Part shown: in pieces, positions 10,301-17,997 of the stretch | Numbering within the stretch: position 1 is the first letter of the stretch | Layout of the letters: every line of letters begins with the position of its first letter | NCBI GenBank assembly: GCA_016790435.1 | Contig: JAEUPE010000097.1 | Coordinates: forward strand, 6,905-70,904 | Origin: Rubrivivax sp. | GTDB lineage: Bacteria; Pseudomonadota; Gammaproteobacteria; Burkholderiales; Burkholderiaceae_C | Length of the DNA: 64,000 bases | Direction: 5' to 3' | Notes under the pieces: generated by a model | Database searches by the model: none | What the model was told of the DNA's origin: nothing | Seen by the model: only the letters and a program-made list of their open reading frames with translations | Made by a program: the position numbers and the translations under genes

Positions 10301-10878
10301 TCGACGAGTCCTGGTTCGCCCCGCACTTCAGCTTCCGCTTCCCCCTCGTGGGCGAGGTGGCGGCCGCCGGCCTGCACGTGACGCTGCGCAATGCGCTCGA
10401 ACCCTGGCACGTGATGGGCGAGGAGGGCGCGCCGGGCGGCACGGTGCGCTTCGTCGACTCGTCGCTCGAGCGCCTGGAGGTCAAGGTGACGGGCCTCAAC
10501 GGCAACCGGCACGTCGTCACCGTGAACGGGCGGGCCCTGCCGCTGCAGCCCACCGGCCGCGTCGGCGAGGCGGTGTGCGGCGTGCGCTACCGCGCCTGGC
10601 AGCCGCCTTCGGCGCTGCACCCGACGATCCCTTCGCACGCGCCGCTCACCTTCGATGTCGTCGACACGTGGATGTCGCGTTCGCTGGGGGGGTGCCGCTA
10701 CCACGTCGCGCACCCGGGCGGGCGCAGCTACGAGACCTTCCCGGTCAACGCCTACGAAGCCGAGAGCCGGCGACTGGCGCGCTTCTTCCGCTTCGGACAC
10801 ACGCCGGGGCGGATGTCGGTGCAGCCGGCGGTGCCGAGCCTGGAGAGCCCGTTCACGCTCGACCTGCGGCGCCGCTGA
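7321..10878 (+). CDS. Transglutaminase-like protein fused to DUF2126 (putative COOH-NH2 amidoligase)
   Basis: GTG start after GAGGAG; N-term SIHVALNHVTHYRYDR; triad GSCRD / DLHAWCEVY / GLDPT; C-terminal TMGGEPT, VTPDPGVIEVNIHP, GTGGGNH, GNTHRTEF, ELRAFEMPPH. Confidence 0.9.
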   Translation: MSIHVALNHVTHYRYDRRVNLGPQIVRLRPAPHARTPILSYSLRIEPAEHFINWQQDPFGNHHARLVFPEKTREFKVTVDLVAEMSVYNPFDFFLEPEAEQFPFRYAPELAHDLVPYLIRGELSPRLAAFVASISRKEQRTIDFLVGLNQRLQREIGYIVRMEPGVQTPEQTLEKASGSCRDTGWLLVQTLRHLGLAARFVSGYLIQLQPDVKALDGPSGAERDFTDLHAWCEVYLPGAGWVGLDPTSGLLAGEGHIPVACTPEPGSAAPVTGAVDECEVEFSHHMQVSRIHESPRVTKPYTEAQWRAIEALGHEVDESLVAQDVRLTMGGEPTYVAVGDRDAAEWNTDALGPTKRGFATELVHRLRERYGTGGFLHFGQGKWYPGEQLPRWALSIFWRTDGQPCWVDPGLFADERTPHRYTAVDAERFTRTLTRRLGLEDRWVQPGYEDTWYYLWRERRLPINVDPFDARLDDELERTRLRRVFAQRLDAPVGYVLPLRREWRVGLAGPAWMTGPWFLRDERMYLMPGDSPMGYRLPLDSLPWAARADQPWTLQADPFAPKPALPSAAAMRMQQMLSGPGAADDGAAEARAERAAAAGERPAEAGDAATQGLVWLGDVTVAAGPGVERMGTEHDPAVPSARPPLAQPQRFQSADHITRTALCVEVRDPQRANGPKAEMWAEKSLGGKSGVLYVFMPPLRFLEDYLELLAAVEATAAELGVQIVLEGYPPPRDPRLKVLAVTPDPGVIEVNIHPSSSWGELVDHTEFLYEAAHQSRLSAEKFMLDGRHTGTGGGNHFVLGGATAGDSPFLRRPDLLASLLTYWHNHPSLSYLFSGLFIGPTSQHPRFDEARGDQVYEVEIALQEIERQLALYGQCPPWMIDRTLRNLLVDATGNTHRTEFSIDKLYSPDGPTGRLGLLELRAFEMPPHSRMSLAQQLLMRALVAWFWREPYRGRGATRLTRWDTALHDRFMLPTFVQMDFDDVIADLRAAGFAFDESWFAPHFSFRFPLVGEVAAAGLHVTLRNALEPWHVMGEEGAPGGTVRFVDSSLERLEVKVTGLNGNRHVVTVNGRALPLQPTGRVGEAVCGVRYRAWQPPSALHPTIPSHAPLTFDVVDTWMSRSLGGCRYHVAHPGGRSYETFPVNAYEAESRRLARFFRFGHTPGRMSVQPAVPSLESPFTLDLRRR

Positions 10879-10916
10879 GCCGGGCACCGAGGACCACAGG
10901 ACGCCACCCCTTGCCG

Positions 10917-13691
10917 ATGTCCACGCAGCCCGACTCCGCCCCCGGTCCGCGGTCAACGCCGTCGGCCGGCAGCGGGTCGGTCCTCGATGCGGGTGTCGTC
11001 GGCAGCACGTACTGGAACGAGTTGCACGACCCCAGCGGGCGGATGCGGCCGGCCTGGCAGCGCTTCGCGGCGGCTGTGCCGGAGATGGCAGCCACGCCCG
11101 AGGCGCGCGCGGAGCTCGACCGGCGCGTCGTGCAGGTGGCGCAGCAGCTGCACCGCGACGGCGTCACGCACAACGTCTTCAGCGAGGGCAGCGATTCGGG
11201 CGCGGCGGCGCGACCGTGGTCGCTCGAGCTGCTGCCCAGCCTGATTGCCGCGGAGGACTGGGCCACCATCGAGGTGGGCATCACGCAGCGCGCGGCACTG
11301 CTCGAAGCCATGCTGGCCGACCTGCAGGGGCCGCAACGCCTGCTGCGCGAGGGCCTGCTGCCGCCGACGCTGCTGTGGCGCCACCCGGGCTGGCTGCGCC
11401 CCATGGTGGGCACGCAGCCGGCGGGCGGGCAACGGCTCTTCATCATCGCCTTCGACCTCGGGCGCGACGCCGAGGGTCGCTGGTGCCTCATCGCGCAGCG
11501 CACGCAGGGCCCGTCGGGCCTGGGGTACGTGCTGCACAACCGGCTCGTCGTCTCGCGCCAGTTCCCGGAGGCCTTCCGCGAACTGCGCGTGCAACACATC
11601 GCCAGCAGCTACCGTGCGCTGCTGGACAGCGTCGAGCGCCGTGCCTCGGCGCTCACACCGGGCGGCAGCAGCACGCCACGCATCGTGCTGCTCACGCCGG
11701 GCCCCTACAGCGAGACCTACTTCGAGCACGCCTACCTTGCCCGCTATCTCGGTCTGCCGCTGGCCGAGGGGGGTGACCTCACGGTGCGCGGCGAACACCT
11801 GTTCCTGAAGACCGTCGAGGGCCTCGAGCGCGTGCATGGCGTGCTGCGCCGTGTCGACGACGACTGGTGCGACCCGCTGGAGCTGCGCCCCGACTCCGCA
11901 CTCGGTGTGCCGGGGCTGCTGCAGGCGGCGCGTGCCGGCACCGTGGTGGTGGCCAATGCGCTCGGCAGCGCGTTCCTCGAGACGCCGGCGCTGCTGGGCT
12001 TCCTGCCCGGCATCGCCGAGCGGCTGCTGGGCGAACCGCTGGCGCTGCCGGCGCTGCCGAGCTGGTGGTGCGGCGAGGCGGCGGCCTGGGCCGACGCGCG
12101 CGGCCGGCTCGGCGAGCTGGTGGCGCGCAGTACGTACCCGAGCGGCGTGCGCACCTCGCGCGTGCTGCCGGCCGATCCGGCGGCCATCGAGTCCGACCCC
12201 GAGGCCTACACGTTGCAGGCGCGGCTCCGTCTCGCACACGCGCCAACCTGGGGCGCGGGGGCGGTGCAGATGCGCCCTGCGGTGGTGCGCGTGTACGCGA
12301 TCGCCGACGCGGCCGGGCGCTGGCACGTGCTTCCCGGCGGCATGACGCGCGTCGCCGGACACAACCCGGAGACGGGCGGCGAGAGCATCTCGATGCAGCG
12401 CGGCGGCGCCAGCATGGACACCTGGGTGCTCACCGATGGACCGGTCGACACCTTCTCCATGCTGCCGAGCAAGCTCACGGTCGACGACCTGGCTGCGCGG
12501 CACCGGCCGGTGTCCAGCCGCACCGGCGAGAACCTGTTCTGGCTCGGTCGCTACACCGAGCGCACCGAGCAACTCGTGCGGCTGGCGCGCGCGACGCTGG
12601 CGCTCATCGATGCCGACAGCGACGCGGCCGCACCGGAATTGCGGGCGCTGACCGACCTGGCCGTGCGCACCGGCCTGGCGCCCGTGGGTGTTCCCGGGCT
12701 GGAGCGGGCGCCGCACCACTTCGAGCGGGCCGTGCTCGCAGCGATGGGCGACGCGCGGGCGAGCGGCGGCGCCTGCAGCGTGGCCTTCAACCTGCGCGCG
12801 CTCTCGCAGGCGGCCATGGCCCTGCGCGAGCGCCTGTCGAGCGAGCACTGGGGGCTCATCCGGCACATGCGCGAGGCCTTTGCCGAAGCCCTGCCCGGCC
12901 CGCCCACCGAGTTGCCGACGCGTGCGCAGGTGCTTGGCGCGCTGGACCGGCTGGCCCTGCACCTGGCCGCCGTCACCGGTGCGCAGACCGACCGCATGAC
13001 GCGCGACCACGGCTGGCGCCTGCTCACCGTTGGCCGGCTGACCGAGCGGCTCATCGGGCTGGCCACGCGCTGGCAGGCCTTCCTCTCCGAGCGGGCCCTG
13101 GAGCGCGCGGCGGGGGTGGAGCTGCTGCTCGAACTCTGCGACAGCCTCATCACTTTCCGCGCGCGCTACCAGCGGCACGAAGACCTGCTGCCGCTGACCG
13201 AACTGCTGGTCACCGACAGCACCAACCCGCGCAGCCTGGCTGGTGTGCTGCGGCGCCTGCGCACGGAGCTCGGCAAGCTGCCCGGCGCGGCGGGCGCGGG
13301 CGGGGCGGGCGGGGCGGGCAGTCTGTCGGCGGCCTCGGCGCCGATGTCCACCGCGGAAGGGCCATCGCAGGGCCAGTTGCAGAGTCAGTCCCTGAGCGAG
13401 GAGCCGTCTCAGGCACAGGCTCAGCCGCCGGGACACGGGCCGCTGCAGGGCCAGCGTCCGGCGCAGCCACCTGCAGCCGCCGTCCGAACCGCTCTGTCGC
13501 CGCTCGTCGCCATGCTTCCGTCCAGCGGTGCCGGCCTCGCGCTCGAGGACCTGCGCGGGCTCACCGAAGCCGAGGTGGCGGCGCGGTTGCTCGCGCTGAG
13601 CGAGGAACTGGCCGCCGCCGCGGCTGCACTGGCCAACGAGGTGAGCGAGCGCTTCTTCAATCCGGCCCACGGGCAGGACCAGCGCGTCTGA
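10917..13691 (+). CDS. Circularly permuted type-2 ATP-grasp protein fused to alpha-E (DUF403) domain
   Basis: VLLTPGPYSETYFEHAYLARYLG, RRVDDDWCDPLEL, VANALGS, VLPGGMTRV, DTWVL; then alpha-E ER motifs FWLGRYTER and VGRLTER. Confidence 0.88.
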   Translation: MSTQPDSAPGPRSTPSAGSGSVLDAGVVGSTYWNELHDPSGRMRPAWQRFAAAVPEMAATPEARAELDRRVVQVAQQLHRDGVTHNVFSEGSDSGAAARPWSLELLPSLIAAEDWATIEVGITQRAALLEAMLADLQGPQRLLREGLLPPTLLWRHPGWLRPMVGTQPAGGQRLFIIAFDLGRDAEGRWCLIAQRTQGPSGLGYVLHNRLVVSRQFPEAFRELRVQHIASSYRALLDSVERRASALTPGGSSTPRIVLLTPGPYSETYFEHAYLARYLGLPLAEGGDLTVRGEHLFLKTVEGLERVHGVLRRVDDDWCDPLELRPDSALGVPGLLQAARAGTVVVANALGSAFLETPALLGFLPGIAERLLGEPLALPALPSWWCGEAAAWADARGRLGELVARSTYPSGVRTSRVLPADPAAIESDPEAYTLQARLRLAHAPTWGAGAVQMRPAVVRVYAIADAAGRWHVLPGGMTRVAGHNPETGGESISMQRGGASMDTWVLTDGPVDTFSMLPSKLTVDDLAARHRPVSSRTGENLFWLGRYTERTEQLVRLARATLALIDADSDAAAPELRALTDLAVRTGLAPVGVPGLERAPHHFERAVLAAMGDARASGGACSVAFNLRALSQAAMALRERLSSEHWGLIRHMREAFAEALPGPPTELPTRAQVLGALDRLALHLAAVTGAQTDRMTRDHGWRLLTVGRLTERLIGLATRWQAFLSERALERAAGVELLLELCDSLITFRARYQRHEDLLPLTELLVTDSTNPRSLAGVLRRLRTELGKLPGAAGAGGAGGAGSLSAASAPMSTAEGPSQGQLQSQSLSEEPSQAQAQPPGHGPLQGQRPAQPPAAAVRTALSPLVAMLPSSGAGLALEDLRGLTEAEVAARLLALSEELAAAAAALANEVSERFFNPAHGQDQRV

Positions 13692-13709
13692 GCGCGCCGT
13701 GGATGCCGA

Positions 13710-14723
13710 ATGAACGCTGCCACCGACCCGAGCGCCGCAAGGCCCACCGGCCACGCGCCCGCGCTGACGCTCGAGGTGCGGCACGAGACGGTCTACCGCT
13801 ACGACAGCGCCGTTTCGCTGGCCCAGCACCAGGCGCACCTGCGGCCGCTGGATGACGCCTTCCAGGCGCTCGAGTCGCACTCGCTCGAGATCGATCCGCC
13901 GCCGACCTTCTTGCGCGACAGCCACGATGCGATGGGCAACGCGCAGACCCATTTCAGCCTGGCACTGCCCCACAGCCAGCTGCGTGTGTGCGCGACGAGC
14001 CGCGTACGGGTCAGTGCGCGCTTCGACGCGCTGCGCACGGGTTCGGGCCCGAGCTGGGAGCCGCTGGCCGCTGGCCTGCGCTACGTGGCGGTGCCGCCGG
14101 GCGCGCCTCGGGTGCGCTTCGAGCCGGCGGTGGAGTTCGTTCCGCCGTCGCCCTTCGTGCCGCGCCTGCCGGCGCTGCGTGCCTACGCGGCGCCATCCTT
14201 TCACCCAGGTTGCCCTGTCGCCGAAGGGGCCGTGCACCTGATGCAGCGGCTGCACGCCGATTTCGCCTATGAGAGCCAGAGCACCCAGGTCGACACCCCC
14301 TTGGCGCAGGTGCTGGCGCAGCGGCGCGGCGTCTGCCAGGACTTCGCGCACCTCCTGATCGGTTGCCTGCGCATGCTGGGCCTGCCGGCGCGCTATGTCA
14401 GCGGCTACCTGCTCACGCAGCCGCCCGACGGCGGCGCGCCCCTGCTCGGCGCCGACGCCTCGCACGCCTGGGTGCAGGTGTGGTGCCCGGGCACGGAGGG
14501 CGTGCCGGAAGAGTGGCTGGACCTGGACCCCACCAACAACCTCGTGCCCTCCACGGGCCATGTGCGCGTGGCCATCGGCCGCGACTTCGGCGACGTGACG
14601 CCGTTGCGCGGTGTCATCCGCGGCAGCGGCGGCCACGAGCTGGCTGTCGGCGTGAGCACGCGCGTGCTCGAAGGCACGCTCGCTGCGGATTCGAACCGTC
14701 GCGCCGGCGCGGTGGCACGCTGA
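13710..14723 (+). CDS. Transglutaminase-like family protein
   Basis: HETVYRY N-term; GVCQDFAH, ARYVSGYL, DASHAWV, LDPTN, GRDFGDVTPLRG. Confidence 0.92.
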   Translation: MNAATDPSAARPTGHAPALTLEVRHETVYRYDSAVSLAQHQAHLRPLDDAFQALESHSLEIDPPPTFLRDSHDAMGNAQTHFSLALPHSQLRVCATSRVRVSARFDALRTGSGPSWEPLAAGLRYVAVPPGAPRVRFEPAVEFVPPSPFVPRLPALRAYAAPSFHPGCPVAEGAVHLMQRLHADFAYESQSTQVDTPLAQVLAQRRGVCQDFAHLLIGCLRMLGLPARYVSGYLLTQPPDGGAPLLGADASHAWVQVWCPGTEGVPEEWLDLDPTNNLVPSTGHVRVAIGRDFGDVTPLRGVIRGSGGHELAVGVSTRVLEGTLAADSNRRAGAVAR

Positions 14724-14761
14724 TTGCACACACTCGAGCGCGGCAGAAAGAACTCCCAGAC

Positions 14762-16282
14762 ATGAAGCACCCCTTCGACGAGATGCTGCTGCAGGTGCAG
14801 GCGTTGGCCGGCACCTCCCAGACCCAGTCGCAGTCGCAGACGTCCTCCGGTGGCGGGGGGGGCGCGATTGCGCTGCAACGCGCCAACACGCGCGCCCACT
14901 ACCGCACCTACCTGCAGTGGCTGGAGCGCCAGCCGCGCGAGGTGATGAAGAGCCGCCGCGACGAGGCGGAGATGATCTTCCGCCGCGTCGGCATCACCTT
15001 CGCCGTCTACGGCGCGAAGGACGAAGACGGCGCCGGCACCGAGCGGCTGATCCCGTTCGACCTCATCCCGCGCGTCATCCCGCGCCACGAGTGGGCCGAG
15101 CTGGAGGCGGGCCTGTACCAGCGCGTCAACGCGCTGCAGCGCTTCATCAAGGACGTCTACCACGACCAGGAGATCCTGAAGGCCGGCATCGTGCCGGCCG
15201 AGCAGGTGCTGAAGAACGCGCAGTTCCGCCCCGAGATGATGGGCGTGGACGTGCCCGGCGACGTGTACTCGCACATCTCCGGCGTCGACATCGTGCGCGC
15301 CGGCCAGGCCGACGGCTCCGGCGCCTACTACGTGCTCGAGGACAACCTGCGCGTGCCCAGCGGCGTGAGCTACATGCTCGAGAACCGCAAGATGATGATG
15401 CGGCTCTTCCCCGAGCTCTTCGCCAGCCACAAGGTGGCGCCGGTGGCGCACTACCCCGACCTGCTGTTGGAGACGCTGCGCACCGTGTCGCCGGTCGGTG
15501 TCAACGAGCCGACGGTCGTCGTGCTCACGCCCGGCATGTACAACAGCGCCTACTTCGAGCACGCCTTCCTGGCGCAGCAGATGGGGGTGGAGCTCGTCGA
15601 GGGCCAGGACCTCTTCGTGCGCGACGGCTTCGTCTACATGCGCACGACGCAGGGGCCGCGGCGCGTGGACGTGGTCTACCGCCGCGTCGACGACGACTTC
15701 CTCGACCCCAAGGCCTTCCGCAAGGACAGCACGCTCGGCTGTGCCGGCCTGCTCGACGTCTACCGCGCCGGCAACATCACGCTGGCCAACGCCATCGGCA
15801 CCGGCATCGCCGACGACAAGAGCATCTACCCGTACGTGCCGAAGATGATCGAGTTCTACCTCGGCGAGAAGCCGATCCTGAACAACGTGCCGACGTACCT
15901 TTGCCGTGACGCGAAGGACCTGCAATACGTGCTCGACCACCTCTCCGAGCTCGTCGTCAAGGAAGTCCACGGCGCCGGCGGCTACGGCATGCTCGTCGGC
16001 CCGGCAGCCAGCAAGGGCGAGATCGAGGAGTTCCGCGCCGTGCTGAAGTCCAAGCCCGACAACTACATCGCGCAGCCGACGCTCTCGCTGTCCACCTGCC
16101 CGACGTTCGTCGACGCGGGCATTGCGCCTCGGCACATCGACCTGCGCCCCTACGTGCTTTCAGGCAAGACGGTGCAGACGGTGCCCGGCGGCCTCACGCG
16201 GGTGGCACTGAAGGAAGGCTCGCTCGTCGTCAACTCGTCCCAGGGCGGTGGCACCAAGGACACCTGGGTGCTGGAAGCCTGA
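14762..16282 (+). CDS. Circularly permuted type-2 ATP-grasp protein (DUF404/DUF407 type)
   Basis: GITFAVYG, ERLIPFDLIPR, VLEDNLRVPSGVSY, NSAYFEH, YRRVDDDFLDP, PGGLTRVAL, VVNSSQGGGTKDTWVL. Confidence 0.93.
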   Translation: MKHPFDEMLLQVQALAGTSQTQSQSQTSSGGGGGAIALQRANTRAHYRTYLQWLERQPREVMKSRRDEAEMIFRRVGITFAVYGAKDEDGAGTERLIPFDLIPRVIPRHEWAELEAGLYQRVNALQRFIKDVYHDQEILKAGIVPAEQVLKNAQFRPEMMGVDVPGDVYSHISGVDIVRAGQADGSGAYYVLEDNLRVPSGVSYMLENRKMMMRLFPELFASHKVAPVAHYPDLLLETLRTVSPVGVNEPTVVVLTPGMYNSAYFEHAFLAQQMGVELVEGQDLFVRDGFVYMRTTQGPRRVDVVYRRVDDDFLDPKAFRKDSTLGCAGLLDVYRAGNITLANAIGTGIADDKSIYPYVPKMIEFYLGEKPILNNVPTYLCRDAKDLQYVLDHLSELVVKEVHGAGGYGMLVGPAASKGEIEEFRAVLKSKPDNYIAQPTLSLSTCPTFVDAGIAPRHIDLRPYVLSGKTVQTVPGGLTRVALKEGSLVVNSSQGGGTKDTWVLEA

Positions 16283-16309
16283 GACCAACGCAAAGAGGGG
16301 ACGGAGAAC

Positions 16310-17281
16310 ATGCTGTCACGCACCGCCGACCACCTGTTCTGGATGGCGCGCTACATGGAGCGGGCCGAGAACACCGCCCGCATGCTGGACGTGAACTACC
16401 AGACTTCGCTGTTGCCGCAGAGCGCCGACACCGCCGAGCAGGGTTGGCGGGGGCTGCTGTCGATCAGCGAGCTGACGGGCTTCTTCGAAGAGCAGTACCC
16501 CACCGCCGACGCCAAGAGCGTCATGGACTTCATGGTGCGCGACGAGAACAACCTGTCGAGCATCGTCTGCTGCCTGCGCGCCGCGCGCGAGAACGCGCGC
16601 GCCGTGCGTGGCGCCCTCACCACCGAGGTGTGGGAGACGCAGAACCAGACCTGGCTCGAATTCAACCGCATGCTGGCCGACGGCGCCTTCGAGCGCGACC
16701 CCGGTGCCTTCTTCGAGTGGGTCAAGTTCCGCTCGCACCTGAGCCGTGGGGTCACCGTGGGCACGATGCTCATGGACGAGGCGCTGCACTTCCTGCGCAT
16801 CGGCACCTTCCTCGAGCGAGCCGACAACACGGCGCGGTTGCTCGACGTGAAGTTCCACGCCCTCATCGGCGGCGCGGCGGGCGATTACTTCGGCAGCGCC
16901 GCCAAGGAGACGCAGGAGGTCGATTTCTATCACTGGAGCGCGATCCTGCGTTCCGTCTCCGGGTTCGAGATCTATCGCAAGGTCTACCGCAACGTCATCC
17001 GCCCGGAGCGCGTGGCCGAGCTGCTGATCCTGCGGCCCGACATGCCGCGGTCCCTCGCCGCCTGCATGAACGAAGTGGTACTCAACCTCGAGCAGGTCGC
17101 CAACCTGCAGAGCAGCGAAACGAGCCGCCGGGCAGGGCGCCTTCGCAGCGACCTGCAGTACGGCCGCATCGACGAGATTCTGGCCACCGGCCTGCACGCC
17201 TACCTCACGCAGTTCCTCGACCGCGTGAACGACCTCGGTGTCGGCATCAGCCGCGACTTCCTGGTGCCGATGGCGGCCTGA
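16310..17281 (+). CDS. Alpha-E domain protein (DUF403)
   Basis: MLSRTADHLFWMARYMERAENTAR, ARENAR, GTFLERADNTARLLDVK, PRSL. Confidence 0.93.
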   Translation: MLSRTADHLFWMARYMERAENTARMLDVNYQTSLLPQSADTAEQGWRGLLSISELTGFFEEQYPTADAKSVMDFMVRDENNLSSIVCCLRAARENARAVRGALTTEVWETQNQTWLEFNRMLADGAFERDPGAFFEWVKFRSHLSRGVTVGTMLMDEALHFLRIGTFLERADNTARLLDVKFHALIGGAAGDYFGSAAKETQEVDFYHWSAILRSVSGFEIYRKVYRNVIRPERVAELLILRPDMPRSLAACMNEVVLNLEQVANLQSSETSRRAGRLRSDLQYGRIDEILATGLHAYLTQFLDRVNDLGVGISRDFLVPMAA

Positions 17282-17305
17282 ACCCTGGGGAACCTCCCCT
17301 GCTTT

Positions 17306-17335
17306 GCCGAGCTTTACCTTCGGGCGGTAAACGGC
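17306..17335 (+). terminator. Possible terminator-like hairpin after the alpha-E gene
   Basis: gccg..tttacc / ggtaaa-cggc inverted repeat; no strong U tract. Confidence 0.3.
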
Positions 17336-17361
17336 TGGCCGTGGCCGTTCGTTCGCGAGCC

Positions 17362-17949
17362 ATGACGCTCACACCTTCCCGCGCGCGATCCGTCGCGACC
17401 AAGCTGGCCACCGCGGGGCTGGCCGTTGTTCTCTCGGGCTGCGTGGTTGCACCGCCCCATCCCCGCCACTTCCCGGCACCGCGCGTGCGCATCTGGGTGC
17501 CGTTCCCCATCTGGTTCGTGCCGGTGGCCGGTTACCACCATTCCGAGGGCAGCTACGACCGCGACCGCTCCGAGTGTTATCGCGTCGCCGTGCGCGAAAC
17601 CGGCCTCGACCCCGGCGGCATGACGCCCCTGCAGGAGCGCAGTTCGTCCGCACCCCCGGGTGCCGAAGTGGCGGCGGGCGCGGCGGTGGGCGCCGTGGCC
17701 GGCGGCATCGTCAGCTCGCCGCGCAATGCCGGCGCCGGCATGGTCATCGGCGCGCTGCTGGGTGCCGCAGCCGGTGCGGTGGCGGCCGACTCGCGCGAGC
17801 GGGCCGAACGCGCTGAGCGAGAGGCCCGGGAAGCCCGGGAGGCGCGCCCGCGCCGCGAGCCCGAAGACGACCTCACGCGCGAGGAGCAGCAGCGCTTTCG
17901 CCGCGCCATGTCGGAGTGCATGGAGCGGCGCGGCTACCGCACGCGCTGA
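17362..17949 (+). CDS. Glycine-zipper lipoprotein
   Basis: Lipobox VLSGC; DRSECY..A; glycine zipper GAAVGAVAGGIV...GMVIGALLGAAAG; C-term AMSECMERRGY. Confidence 0.8.
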   Translation: MTLTPSRARSVATKLATAGLAVVLSGCVVAPPHPRHFPAPRVRIWVPFPIWFVPVAGYHHSEGSYDRDRSECYRVAVRETGLDPGGMTPLQERSSSAPPGAEVAAGAAVGAVAGGIVSSPRNAGAGMVIGALLGAAAGAVAADSRERAERAEREAREAREARPRREPEDDLTREEQQRFRRAMSECMERRGYRTR

Positions 17950-17997
17950 GGCCGTGCGCCGGACCGGCGCGGCGAAGTGCCCCTCGCCGCCGTCGGC

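Noticed and set aside
7135-14729. Very long antisense ORFs (1273 aa, 1258 aa) and similar ones elsewhere (e.g. 20538-24692 +, 36987-40253 -)
   Set aside because: Shadow ORFs of real genes in high-GC DNA; no recognisable domains
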